The notes: a model not told the origin generated them from the letters alone. DNA of 64,000 nt from Escherichia coli (GCA_902499925.1 GCA_902499925.1_4130.1); one strand, 5' to 3'. Counted from the first letter of the stretch, positions 54,961 to 62,084 are shown. Program-made: numbers and translations.

Positions 54961-54989
54961 ACTATAGCACTAAAGAAAAGTACTGTCAA
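54961..54989 (-). promoter_or_regulatory. sigma70-like promoter (TTGACA-17-TATAGT)
   Basis: The minus strand reads TTGACAGTACTTTTCTTTAGTGCTATAGT; upstream of membrane protein gene 54676..54921. Confidence 0.65.
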
Positions 54990-54990
54990 G

Positions 54991-55356
54991 CTAGTATTGC
55001 ACTGTTCTAATGAAAGTACCTGAACTCATGGATTTAAGCTTATGAACCTCTTCCTGTATACCCTTGAGCAACTCTAAAGGCATTGGTACATCATGTACTA
55101 AGCTGTACTGAAAGTATTCTTCTTCAGATAAAGTACTAACATCTGGGACGCCAATTTTAGTTAGATAATCTTGATGTGTTGACCAATAAATTATATCTTC
55201 AGTACAATTGTACTCCCCATATACTGAACAATATTGATGAATATCTTTCCTGTACCCTTGAGCAATAAAGAACTTATCTACGGCATTAATAGAACTCACT
55301 TCGATTGTTACAGTACTTGAGCTTGTTTTTCCTTTATTATGCATATTAATCCCCAA
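54991..55356 (-). CDS. FQ-motif paralog (short form)
   Basis: 121 aa; SEEEYFQYSLVH. Confidence 0.75.
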   Translation of the reverse strand: MGINMHNKGKTSSSTVTIEVSSINAVDKFFIAQGYRKDIHQYCSVYGEYNCTEDIIYWSTHQDYLTKIGVPDVSTLSEEEYFQYSLVHDVPMPLELLKGIQEEVHKLKSMSSGTFIRTVQY

Positions 55357-55532
55357 ATTAGATATCGAACACTATCAGCTTGATAGTTAGTTCCTACTGT
55401 GTGTTTTAATATTAACTCATCTTTCAGTACTGAACATTCTGCATTAGATATAGGAAGTGAATTAATTCTTTGAATTTCTGGTCGCAACATACCGCGAATC
55501 TTGCGATAATCTTCGTATGATAATCTTTTCAT
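55308..55532 (-). CDS. GTNYQ-family small paralog
   Basis: 74 aa; HTVGTNYQADSV. Confidence 0.65.
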   Translation of the reverse strand: MKRLSYEDYRKIRGMLRPEIQRINSLPISNAECSVLKDELILKHTVGTNYQADSVRYLIWGLICIIKEKQAQVL

Positions 55533-55535
55533 GGT

Positions 55536-55880
55536 TTAATACTCAATAATGTGTTCTTCATAATCACCATTAGGCTCCTGTTTAGCTTCTTTCATTAGTA
55601 CTATCATCTTATGTACTAATGGCATAGGAAACTCTAAATCCCATACTAATGATTCCTGAAAGTATTCCTCTGGTGATAAAGTACTTAAATCTTTAATATC
55701 AACGTGCTTGTATATTTTATTTTCGTAATTAACAAATGATATATATAAATCATTAATATAAGAATCATACGTAATTGTGAATGGCTTACCCTTGTAGTCC
55801 ATTACATCTCTACATAGACTACTTTTGATATATATATGTTCATAGGATTTATATACCTTGAGTTGTATATTAGTTTTCAT
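55536..55880 (-). CDS. FQ-motif paralog (short form)
   Basis: 114 aa; SPEEYFQESLVW. Confidence 0.75.
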   Translation of the reverse strand: MKTNIQLKVYKSYEHIYIKSSLCRDVMDYKGKPFTITYDSYINDLYISFVNYENKIYKHVDIKDLSTLSPEEYFQESLVWDLEFPMPLVHKMIVLMKEAKQEPNGDYEEHIIEY

Positions 55881-56112
55881 ATTTCTCTTTATTAGCTTGT
55901 TTGGTTTTATAGTGAATTAAATCTATTAATGTAATCAAGTACAACTTCAAAAAGTACTCTTGATGGTTCGTACCTAATGATACAAAGAACTTATGCTCAT
56001 AAATCAAAACCTGTTTCACTTCAAAGGGACACTTAATCCTCTGTATAGGTTTAAGTAAATGATAGTACTTATTAAATCTATGATACATTTCTAGTTCTGT
56101 CAGTACTTTCAT
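55870..56112 (-). CDS. GTNYQ-family small paralog
   Basis: Track start 56121 is TTG; ATG 56112 follows the upstream stop; VSLGTNHQEYFL. Confidence 0.65.
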   Translation of the reverse strand: MKVLTELEMYHRFNKYYHLLKPIQRIKCPFEVKQVLIYEHKFFVSLGTNHQEYFLKLYLITLIDLIHYKTKQANKEKYEN

Positions 56113-56113
56113 A

Positions 56114-56335
56114 TTAAACAATCACTCCATTAGCTGTAGCATCACGTAAAGCTCTCAAATACTTCTGTACTGCTTGCTCTTGCTTATTTGTACCTAAAAG
56201 TATATACATCCATAATTCACTGTAATGTACATCTTGTGTATAAGGGTTGTTGTAACTTTTTGATAATATAGCATCAAATTCAGATGCATGAACCCTTGTG
56301 AACTTAAGAATATCTTGTTGTGTTATGATTCTCAT
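56114..56335 (-). CDS. GTNYQ-family small paralog
   Basis: 73 aa; ILLGTNKQEQAV. Confidence 0.7.
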   Translation of the reverse strand: MRIITQQDILKFTRVHASEFDAILSKSYNNPYTQDVHYSELWMYILLGTNKQEQAVQKYLRALRDATANGVIV

Positions 56336-56547
56336 ATCTTTTCCTGTACTATCTGTATAAGAATCCCTATGTGTGAATTAACAGTTCTCTCTTGATGCTG
56401 TGTTCCTAAGAGTGTCAGTACTATCATCTCTGAACGCAAAAGATTTTTCTGAAGTTCACTTATATCAGTCCTCATATCAAGATTCAGAAATTCTTGACTA
56501 TTTTTTCTGAATAGTGCCAAGTACTCTTGATTTGATATTTCCTTCAT
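56332..56547 (-). CDS. GTNYQ-family small paralog
   Basis: 71 aa; TLLGTQHQERTV. Confidence 0.7.
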   Translation of the reverse strand: MKEISNQEYLALFRKNSQEFLNLDMRTDISELQKNLLRSEMIVLTLLGTQHQERTVNSHIGILIQIVQEKI

Positions 56548-56774
56548 AGTTTATCCCTGATGCCATTTAAAAGTGCTCTAATATGCTCCTGTACGAATTT
56601 GTACTGACTGTCTGTTCCTAGAGTGAGTAGCAATCTTAAATCTGAACTTTTGATGTGATATTCTAAATCATTATTTGATTCTTGCATCAGTTTCTTAAAG
56701 GATGAGAAGTTTGCAGCCATTAGTTCAATGTATTCTGCTGTTCCTAGTGGTTTGTGTATTGGCTGTTTGTGCAT
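56544..56774 (-). CDS. GTNYQ-family small paralog
   Basis: 76 aa; LTLGTDSQYKFV. Confidence 0.7.
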   Translation of the reverse strand: MHKQPIHKPLGTAEYIELMAANFSSFKKLMQESNNDLEYHIKSSDLRLLLTLGTDSQYKFVQEHIRALLNGIRDKL

Positions 56775-56986
56775 TTTAATTTTATTACCCTTTTGAGTGT
56801 ATTAATGTAATTATACACATTGGCTTCTTGATAGTTAGTTCCCAGTGTAGCTTGAACATAGATTTCATTTAACTTAATAATTTTATCAGTATCTGGTAGT
56901 TTTGATGTGTTAATGGCAAATAACTTCAAAAACAGTCCATTTAAGATTGTTAGGTATTCTTCGTCGGTAATGATTCGCATTTGCAT
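56744..56986 (-). CDS. GTNYQ-family small paralog
   Basis: 80 aa; ATLGTNYQEANV. Confidence 0.7.
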   Translation of the reverse strand: MQMRIITDEEYLTILNGLFLKLFAINTSKLPDTDKIIKLNEIYVQATLGTNYQEANVYNYINTLKRVIKLKCTNSQYTNH

Positions 56987-57192
56987 TGGATAAACCTTTT
57001 TAGTTCTTTGATGTAATCATTAATATTGCATTCTTGATAGTTAGTCCCTAGGGTAGCTTGAACATAGATTTCACTCATTAGAATATTTTTTTCTTCATCA
57101 GGTAAATCTGTGGTCTTTGCTATATACAATTTTAGAATTAAACTACTTAATAGTTCGTGGTATTCACTTGGTGAAAGGATTTTCATTTGCAT
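56950..57192 (-). CDS. GTNYQ-family small paralog
   Basis: 80 aa; ATLGTNYQECNI; close paralog of 56744..56986. Confidence 0.7.
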   Translation of the reverse strand: MQMKILSPSEYHELLSSLILKLYIAKTTDLPDEEKNILMSEIYVQATLGTNYQECNINDYIKELKRFIQCKCESLPTKNT

Positions 57193-57398
57193 GTTCTCAG
57201 TACAGATTCTTTAAGTTCATCGATGTAGTCCTCAACGAATTGCTCTTGGAAGTTAGTTCCAATATATAAAAGAACTCTTAAATCTGCTCTAAGTAACTCT
57301 TTTTCATCATCATCTATATCAGACAATGTTATGTTTAAGAATTTACTTGTATTAAAGATTAACAATTCTGTTTGTTCACTGTGGCTTAAAATTTTCAT
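57183..57398 (-). CDS. GTNYQ-family small paralog
   Basis: 71 aa; LYIGTNFQEQFV. Confidence 0.7.
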   Translation of the reverse strand: MKILSHSEQTELLIFNTSKFLNITLSDIDDDEKELLRADLRVLLYIGTNFQEQFVEDYIDELKESVLRTCK

Positions 57399-57606
57399 AA
57401 TCTCTTTTTGCTTTCCTCGACAGTAGGTACAAATACGATTCTTCGTATTGTGCTTGGAAGTTTGTGTTTAAGAGTCGAAACAACTTCTGTTCTTCTAGAA
57501 CGAGTTGCTTATCTTCATAACAACGGTAGCGTATCAACTTTTTGTATTCGATGTTGATTACATCCATTACTATAAGCCCATGTTCATCATCTGTCAAGTG
57601 CTTCAT
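57376..57606 (-). CDS. GTNYQ-family small paralog
   Basis: 76 aa; RLLNTNFQAQYE. Confidence 0.65.
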   Translation of the reverse strand: MKHLTDDEHGLIVMDVINIEYKKLIRYRCYEDKQLVLEEQKLFRLLNTNFQAQYEESYLYLLSRKAKRDYENFKPQ

Positions 57607-57845
57607 GCTTTTTTTCTTTTCCTGATGTGTTTAGTTAAAAGGTATATTAGTTTTCTGATGTATTCTTCCTGATAGTTTGTTCCTAATAGTGCAAGAAGTT
57701 TTGCTTCAACTAAAGCTAATTGACGTTCTTCAAATGTGTGTTCCAGTATGTACTTTGGGTTTGATTTTTTAGAAATTGCACTATTAGTTTTCATTACAAT
57801 CTTATGATATTCATTAACTGTTAGGATTTTTAAATTCTTGAGCAT
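57603..57845 (-). CDS. GTNYQ-family small paralog
   Basis: 80 aa; ALLGTNYQEEYI. Confidence 0.7.
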   Translation of the reverse strand: MLKNLKILTVNEYHKIVMKTNSAISKKSNPKYILEHTFEERQLALVEAKLLALLGTNYQEEYIRKLIYLLTKHIRKRKKA

Positions 57846-58071
57846 GTACCTTTTCCTTTATAGAGAATTTAAGATATCGAAGCATACTTTCAATGTAATA
57901 CTCTTGTCTGTCAGTTCCAAGAAAGTACAGGAGTTGAATGTATAAAACTTCTGCACTCCTTTCGGCATGTGACTTGTTTGTGTCGTTTGGAAGTTGATTT
58001 GTAAGTTTTCTGGATTTAATTAATCGTTCTTTTAACTCATCGTCTGTTAAGTATTTCATTTGCATTTGCAT
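57814..58071 (-). CDS. GTNYQ-family small paralog
   Basis: 85 aa; YFLGTDRQEYYI. Confidence 0.7.
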   Translation of the reverse strand: MQMQMKYLTDDELKERLIKSRKLTNQLPNDTNKSHAERSAEVLYIQLLYFLGTDRQEYYIESMLRYLKFSIKEKVHAQEFKNPNS

Positions 58072-58297
58072 TTACTTTTTCCTTAATAGTGATTTTAAGA
58101 TATCTAATCATACGTGCAACATATTCCTCTTGTCTATCAGTTCCCAGAAGATATGGTAGTGATTGGAATAATACTTCTGCACTCCTTTCTGCTGGGGTTT
58201 GGTTTAGGTCAATTGGACGTTTATTGGTATATCTCTTGGCACGAACTAATCTCTCGACGTATTCATTATAGGTTAAGTATATCATTTCATTTTGCAT
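58037..58297 (-). CDS. GTNYQ-family small paralog
   Basis: 86 aa; YLLGTDRQEEYV. Confidence 0.7.
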   Translation of the reverse strand: MQNEMIYLTYNEYVERLVRAKRYTNKRPIDLNQTPAERSAEVLFQSLPYLLGTDRQEEYVARMIRYLKITIKEKVNANANEILNRR

Positions 58298-58533
58298 TTA
58301 ATGTTTCTTACGTAAATTGTCTGGATTAAACAATCAATCCAAGTTTGAATATATTGGTTTTGATACTGTGTGCCTAAGAGACTCTGCATTTTAAACTCTG
58401 CTTCAAGTTCATATCTCTTTTCTATAGAAAAGCTCAAATGACCATATTCTTTATCGTATCTTCTCAGTGCTTCCCCAATTCTATCAAATCTTTCTGCTAA
58501 TCTGATGTTATTCACAATATTCATCGCATTCAT
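58282..58533 (-). CDS. GTNYQ-family small paralog
   Basis: 83 aa; SLLGTQYQNQYI. Confidence 0.7.
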   Translation of the reverse strand: MNAMNIVNNIRLAERFDRIGEALRRYDKEYGHLSFSIEKRYELEAEFKMQSLLGTQYQNQYIQTWIDCLIQTIYVRNIKCKMK

Positions 58534-58787
58534 CGATCAGTACACCTCAGTGGTTGGGTCATTTGATGAAAGTACAGCTTACCTCTGATTTCCAGTAGTA
58601 ACTCCGCGATTAAGCGATTTACTTCTGTATCTTGATAGTTTGTTCCTAAGAATACACCCATCTTTAACTCACGCATCATAATCATTTTCTTACTGTGTTG
58701 AATTTCTGGGTTGTGATAGATTGTATTACGTTTGTGCGTAATTTTTGTCATACGCTCGGTATATTCATCTTTACTTAAATTAATCAT
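58530..58787 (-). CDS. GTNYQ-family small paralog
   Basis: Track 58530..58808; ATG 58787 (MINLSKDEY) matches sibling N-termini; VFLGTNYQDTEV. Confidence 0.7.
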   Translation of the reverse strand: MINLSKDEYTERMTKITHKRNTIYHNPEIQHSKKMIMMRELKMGVFLGTNYQDTEVNRLIAELLLEIRGKLYFHQMTQPLRCTDR

Positions 58788-59019
58788 TTTTATTCTCCAA
58801 AGCATCACATTTATTTTCGATACAAATCATTAGTTCTCTAAGATAGTTTTTTATCTTACCTTCCTGATGGTTCGTCCCCAGGAAGTTGCATAACTCTGCT
58901 TCTATTATTTTGATTCTTCTGGTGTCAGGTTTCAATTTTTTGTTATTGAAGATTTGAATCCTTATATCCCTTGATGCATTTAAACGTTTTTGATATTCAT
59001 GGAAAGATAAATTAATCAT
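58780..59019 (-). CDS. GTNYQ-family small paralog
   Basis: 79 aa; MINLSFHEY; NFLGTNHQEGKI. Confidence 0.7.
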   Translation of the reverse strand: MINLSFHEYQKRLNASRDIRIQIFNNKKLKPDTRRIKIIEAELCNFLGTNHQEGKIKNYLRELMICIENKCDALENKND

Positions 59020-59234
59020 TTACTTTGTATCTCTCTCTTGAGGGCATCAATTAACAACAGTACAGCATTCTCTTGATAGTTTGTTCCTAAGACTGAAAGC
59101 ATCTTAATCTCATTTACTACAATCAACTTCTTTGAGCGTTCAATAATGTTACTATTATAAACGGCGTTACGTGCTGGATAAGTTTTTGCAAGACGAACAT
59201 AATATTCATCTTTACTTAAATTAATCATTTGCAT
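59016..59234 (-). CDS. GTNYQ-family small paralog
   Basis: 72 aa (alternative ATG 59228 gives MINLSKDEY); SVLGTNYQENAV. Confidence 0.7.
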   Translation of the reverse strand: MQMINLSKDEYYVRLAKTYPARNAVYNSNIIERSKKLIVVNEIKMLSVLGTNYQENAVLLLIDALKREIQSK

Positions 59235-59443
59235 TTACTTTGGATCTCCTTGACTAATGCATCAACCCACATGTCTATATACATTTGTTGATAGTTTGTC
59301 CCTATGAGTGCCCCTGCATAGAGTTCAGCTACCATTGCATGTTTTAGGTTGGCAGGGATGCTCTTATCAGATTGAATCTTTACTCTTCTGTTGGCACATG
59401 TTTTCAGAAGCTTAACATATTCGTAACCTATTAATTTTCTCAT
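59225..59443 (-). CDS. GTNYQ-family small paralog
   Basis: 72 aa; ALIGTNYQQMYI. Confidence 0.7.
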   Translation of the reverse strand: MRKLIGYEYVKLLKTCANRRVKIQSDKSIPANLKHAMVAELYAGALIGTNYQQMYIDMWVDALVKEIQSKCK

Positions 59444-59655
59444 TCTTTTGATATCACCTTGTTACGTAAGGCACTTAACAATACGTCAGTGTAGATGTTT
59501 TGATAGTTTGTTCCTACGAATACACCCAACTTCATTTCAGCTATTATAACACATTTGTCCTCTTGTGCAATAGACTTGTCTAAAGAAATACTAACAACTT
59601 TCCTTCTTATAGCTTGTAACCTCCAATGATACTGATACTCATTTAGGGTTATCAT
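59440..59655 (-). CDS. GTNYQ-family small paralog
   Basis: 71 aa; VFVGTNYQNIYT. Confidence 0.7.
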   Translation of the reverse strand: MITLNEYQYHWRLQAIRRKVVSISLDKSIAQEDKCVIIAEMKLGVFVGTNYQNIYTDVLLSALRNKVISKE

Positions 59656-59890
59656 TCTCTCGCCTCCATTTCTCGGTTCTAATGTGTTGACATTGTGCTT
59701 CGATGAACATATCTATTGATTTGGCAATTGCTTTTTTATCTGTGCCTGTCATCAGTACAAGCATCTCGGCCTCACAGTGAAGTAAACGCATGATATCATA
59801 GGGTAATATTCCAGATACCGTGTCATAGTGTTTCTGTGCCAGTGTCTGTAATAGTTTACAATACATTTTGTGATTTAGTCTGTGTCGCAT
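59639..59890 (-). CDS. GTNYQ-family small paralog (divergent core)
   Basis: 83 aa; LMTGTDKKAIAK at the core position. Confidence 0.55.
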   Translation of the reverse strand: MRHRLNHKMYCKLLQTLAQKHYDTVSGILPYDIMRLLHCEAEMLVLMTGTDKKAIAKSIDMFIEAQCQHIRTEKWRRENDNPK

Positions 59891-60147
59891 TGTTTATTCC
59901 ATTCTTTTTTGGCCTTGATGGTTTTATATTGGATTTGGTTTCTTAATGCTGATAAGTATCGTTGAATGAACAGATCTTGATAGTTTGTTCCAATGAATTT
60001 CATCAGATAAAGTTCACCGTTGATAACATCCACTTCAGGTGCACCATATAAGGCATTGTTTTTTCTAAGGGTATGGATTAAAGAGAATAGGGCAGTTTGA
60101 TACTCAACTCCTGATAAAGTCTTCATGTTTTGTGAGCCAATAATCAT
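59875..60147 (-). CDS. GTNYQ-family small paralog
   Basis: 90 aa (alternative ATG 60126 gives MKTLSGVEY); KFIGTNYQDLFI. Confidence 0.7.
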   Translation of the reverse strand: MIIGSQNMKTLSGVEYQTALFSLIHTLRKNNALYGAPEVDVINGELYLMKFIGTNYQDLFIQRYLSALRNQIQYKTIKAKKEWNKQCDTD

Positions 60148-60361
60148 CTAGTTTATCCTGTATAACATTCATTAATTGTTCGACATATTCTGTGCAAAAC
60201 TTATCTTGATATTGAGTCCCCATAAAGTACAACAACCATAGCTCATTAACTTTAGCTCGCATTTGGTTCCATGTAAGGCTGGGGTCATCGTAGACTATCC
60301 TTGCTATAGGGGTTAGTTTACGGACTATAGTTTCATATTCATCTAGTGTTAAGTGTTTCAT
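60104..60361 (-). CDS. GTNYQ-family small paralog
   Basis: 85 aa; YFMGTQYQDKFC. Confidence 0.7.
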   Translation of the reverse strand: MKHLTLDEYETIVRKLTPIARIVYDDPSLTWNQMRAKVNELWLLYFMGTQYQDKFCTEYVEQLMNVIQDKLDDYWLTKHEDFIRS

Positions 60362-60576
60362 TTACATTTGTCCCTTATTAGATCAGTGAGGGCAACTATG
60401 TGTGCAACAACATACTCTTCCTGAAAGTTCGTCCCCAGTACAGCCATCATGCGTATATCGGTGGTGTTTATCCTGTGTTCCCTTACACATAAACCTTCTG
60501 TGTGAGGAAGTGTAAAATATTTGTTTATTGCAGCAACGATAATTTTATTCTTCTCGGAGTTACTTAAATGTTTCAT
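60358..60576 (-). CDS. GTNYQ-family small paralog
   Basis: 72 aa; AVLGTNFQEEYV. Confidence 0.7.
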   Translation of the reverse strand: MKHLSNSEKNKIIVAAINKYFTLPHTEGLCVREHRINTTDIRMMAVLGTNFQEEYVVAHIVALTDLIRDKCK

Positions 60577-60785
60577 AGTTTGCTCTTAATGTATTTCTGG
60601 AGTGCAATTATATACTCATTCAAGAAATGCTCCTGATAGTCTGTGCCGAGGAATGCACCCAATAGTATATCATTTTCCAATACTAATGCTAAGTTTAAAT
60701 CATCAGTCTCTTCATATACTATGAGAATTTCAAGTTGTCTGGCAGCGACGCGTTCGGTATATAGATTTGAGTTAATGCTATTCAT
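60573..60785 (-). CDS. GTNYQ-family small paralog
   Basis: 70 aa; AFLGTDYQEHFL. Confidence 0.7.
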   Translation of the reverse strand: MNSINSNLYTERVAARQLEILIVYEETDDLNLALVLENDILLGAFLGTDYQEHFLNEYIIALQKYIKSKL

Positions 60786-60994
60786 AGTTTACTCTTAATG
60801 TAATTCTGGAGTGCAATTAAGTATTCCCCTACATAATACACCTGAAAGTCTGTATCCAAAAATGCACCCATAAGTAAATCTTTTTCTAATACCCTTGATA
60901 AGTTAAGGTCTGCATTTGAAAGGTATATAAGTAAGATTTCACCCTGTGCGGAATTGAAACGTTTCTTATATTCTTCTGGTGTTAAAAAAATCAT
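60782..60994 (-). CDS. GTNYQ-family small paralog
   Basis: 70 aa; AFLDTDFQVYYV; close paralog of 60573..60785. Confidence 0.7.
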   Translation of the reverse strand: MIFLTPEEYKKRFNSAQGEILLIYLSNADLNLSRVLEKDLLMGAFLDTDFQVYYVGEYLIALQNYIKSKL

Positions 60995-61200
60995 AGTTTC
61001 CTCTTAATATCTTCTATTAAAAATCGAATCCAATCGTCAACATACTCTTCCTGATGGTTTGTGTTCAGTACAGCCAACATGCGGATCTCTGCTCTTGCAA
61101 CTTCAATTGCAGTTTTAGGAAGGTCTTTTCTGATATCCAACATTAAGTCCATGTATCTCAAGATAAGACCGTATGATTGGGTTCGTGTTATAGTTTTCAT
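60991..61200 (-). CDS. GTNYQ-family small paralog
   Basis: 69 aa; AVLNTNHQEEYV. Confidence 0.7.
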   Translation of the reverse strand: MKTITRTQSYGLILRYMDLMLDIRKDLPKTAIEVARAEIRMLAVLNTNHQEEYVDDWIRFLIEDIKRKL

Positions 61201-61397
61201 TGTTTCCTCGTGGATAATATTTCATTTTTCAATGCATCCATATATTGAATCACCCATCTTCCCTGATAGCTTGTTCCCAATGTAATCAAAAGGTATAACT
61301 CAATTCGTTCTAAGTTTGTGTCTGTGTTATAAATCTTTACCATGTTTTTACGTAACAGTTCTTGATAATCTTCTTTATTTAAAATACGCATTTTCAT
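61197..61397 (-). CDS. GTNYQ-family small paralog
   Basis: 66 aa; ITLGTSYQGRWV. Confidence 0.65.
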   Translation of the reverse strand: MKMRILNKEDYQELLRKNMVKIYNTDTNLERIELYLLITLGTSYQGRWVIQYMDALKNEILSTRKQ

Positions 61398-61591
61398 AGT
61401 CTACCTTTTATGTCCCTTCGTAATTCTTGTAAGTATAGTTCGATATACTTTTCTTGATAGTTAGTTCCTATGAAAAGTTTCATAACCAATTCACGCTTAT
61501 ATGCAATACCACGGATATGTGACATATGTAGGATATATGCCATGTTGGATATGAGTGTGTGGTTGTGCTCTTCTTGAGTTAAAATACGCAT
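61394..61591 (-). CDS. GTNYQ-family small paralog (first gene of the array)
   Basis: Track 61394..61621; ATG 61591 (MRILTQEEH) has GGAG upstream and lies downstream of promoter 61622-61649; LFIGTNYQEKYI. Confidence 0.7.
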   Translation of the reverse strand: MRILTQEEHNHTLISNMAYILHMSHIRGIAYKRELVMKLFIGTNYQEKYIELYLQELRRDIKGRL

Positions 61592-61621
61592 AGGGACTCC
61601 ATTAAAAATAATATCAATCAT

Positions 61622-61649
61622 ATAATATACAATTCATATAAAAAGTCAA
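61622..61649 (-). promoter_or_regulatory. sigma70-like promoter (TTGACT-16-TATTAT) heading the GTNYQ array
   Basis: -35 at 61644-61649, -10 at 61622-61627; other -10 registers are possible in this AT-rich stretch. Confidence 0.45.
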
Positions 61650-61840
61650 TAACATTTTATTAGTAATACCCCTTTATCGAAGTCGCTAAGGTTACCCGCC
61701 CTTTAGCCCCCTACGCATTTTGCCATAGTCCAATCCCTTTTTATTCATAAAAGTCAAGGGATTACCTATGCATTTTTTTAACGCTGAAATTTAAAAATGC
61801 CTTGACTTTTTTATGATTCAGTACTAAATCCTTTTACGCA

Positions 61841-62050
61841 TTAATCCTTCGTTACGCTTACGATTATCTGTGTATCCCCATAGTCCTGCCATACTTCCAC
61901 GCCAGCCGCCGCCCTGGTTAGTCGTGCTGTCATCTGCTTAATGGTCTTAGGCTTTAGTGGAACCTGTTGCAGTACTGTACGCATAGCACTATCGACGTTA
62001 TCATGTACGCCTGCAATAGTGCCTAGAACGTTGTATACTGTATAGATCAT
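61841..62050 (-). CDS. hypothetical small protein (GC-richer module)
   Basis: 69-aa ORF, AGGAG RBS. Confidence 0.6.
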   Translation of the reverse strand: MIYTVYNVLGTIAGVHDNVDSAMRTVLQQVPLKPKTIKQMTARLTRAAAGVEVWQDYGDTQIIVSVTKD

Positions 62051-62084
62051 GTGTATGTACTCCTGATATAGTTAAGGCCGCTAG

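Larger units (their letters stand above)
27323..55880 (-). other. tandem array of about 53 FQ-motif paralogs (interrupted by a few unrelated small genes)
   Basis: Head-to-tail ORFs of 103-212 aa; 46 carry a clean acidic-FQ-S/T-hydrophobic motif about 40-60 aa from the C-terminus. Confidence 0.85.
55308..61621 (-). other. tandem array of 27 GTNYQ-family small genes (one FQ gene interleaved)
   Basis: Period about 210-260 bp; each ORF 66-92 aa with N-terminal M-x-x-L-[ST]-x-x-E-Y and central [LF][LIV]GT[ND][YFH]Q[EDNQ] core. Confidence 0.85.

Noticed and set aside
12749-56121. N-terminal extensions given by the track for several ORFs (starts at 13078, 20958, 21202, 40880 and 56121)
   Set aside because: Reading the DNA shows these first codons are TTG, not ATG. 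Internal starts have better RBS spacing or match paralog N-termini: ATG at 13060, 21181, 40838 and 56112, and an in-frame TTG at 20913 that has AAGGAG 7 nt upstream. Coordinates were adjusted accordingly and remain uncertain.
55308-61621. CRISPR array or non-coding tandem repeat as an explanation for the 210-260 bp periodic conserved block
   Set aside because: The conserved 17-mer is in frame inside intact ORFs that have conserved N-termini and tails. The spacers are coding and homologous to each other. No cas genes or leader are present.
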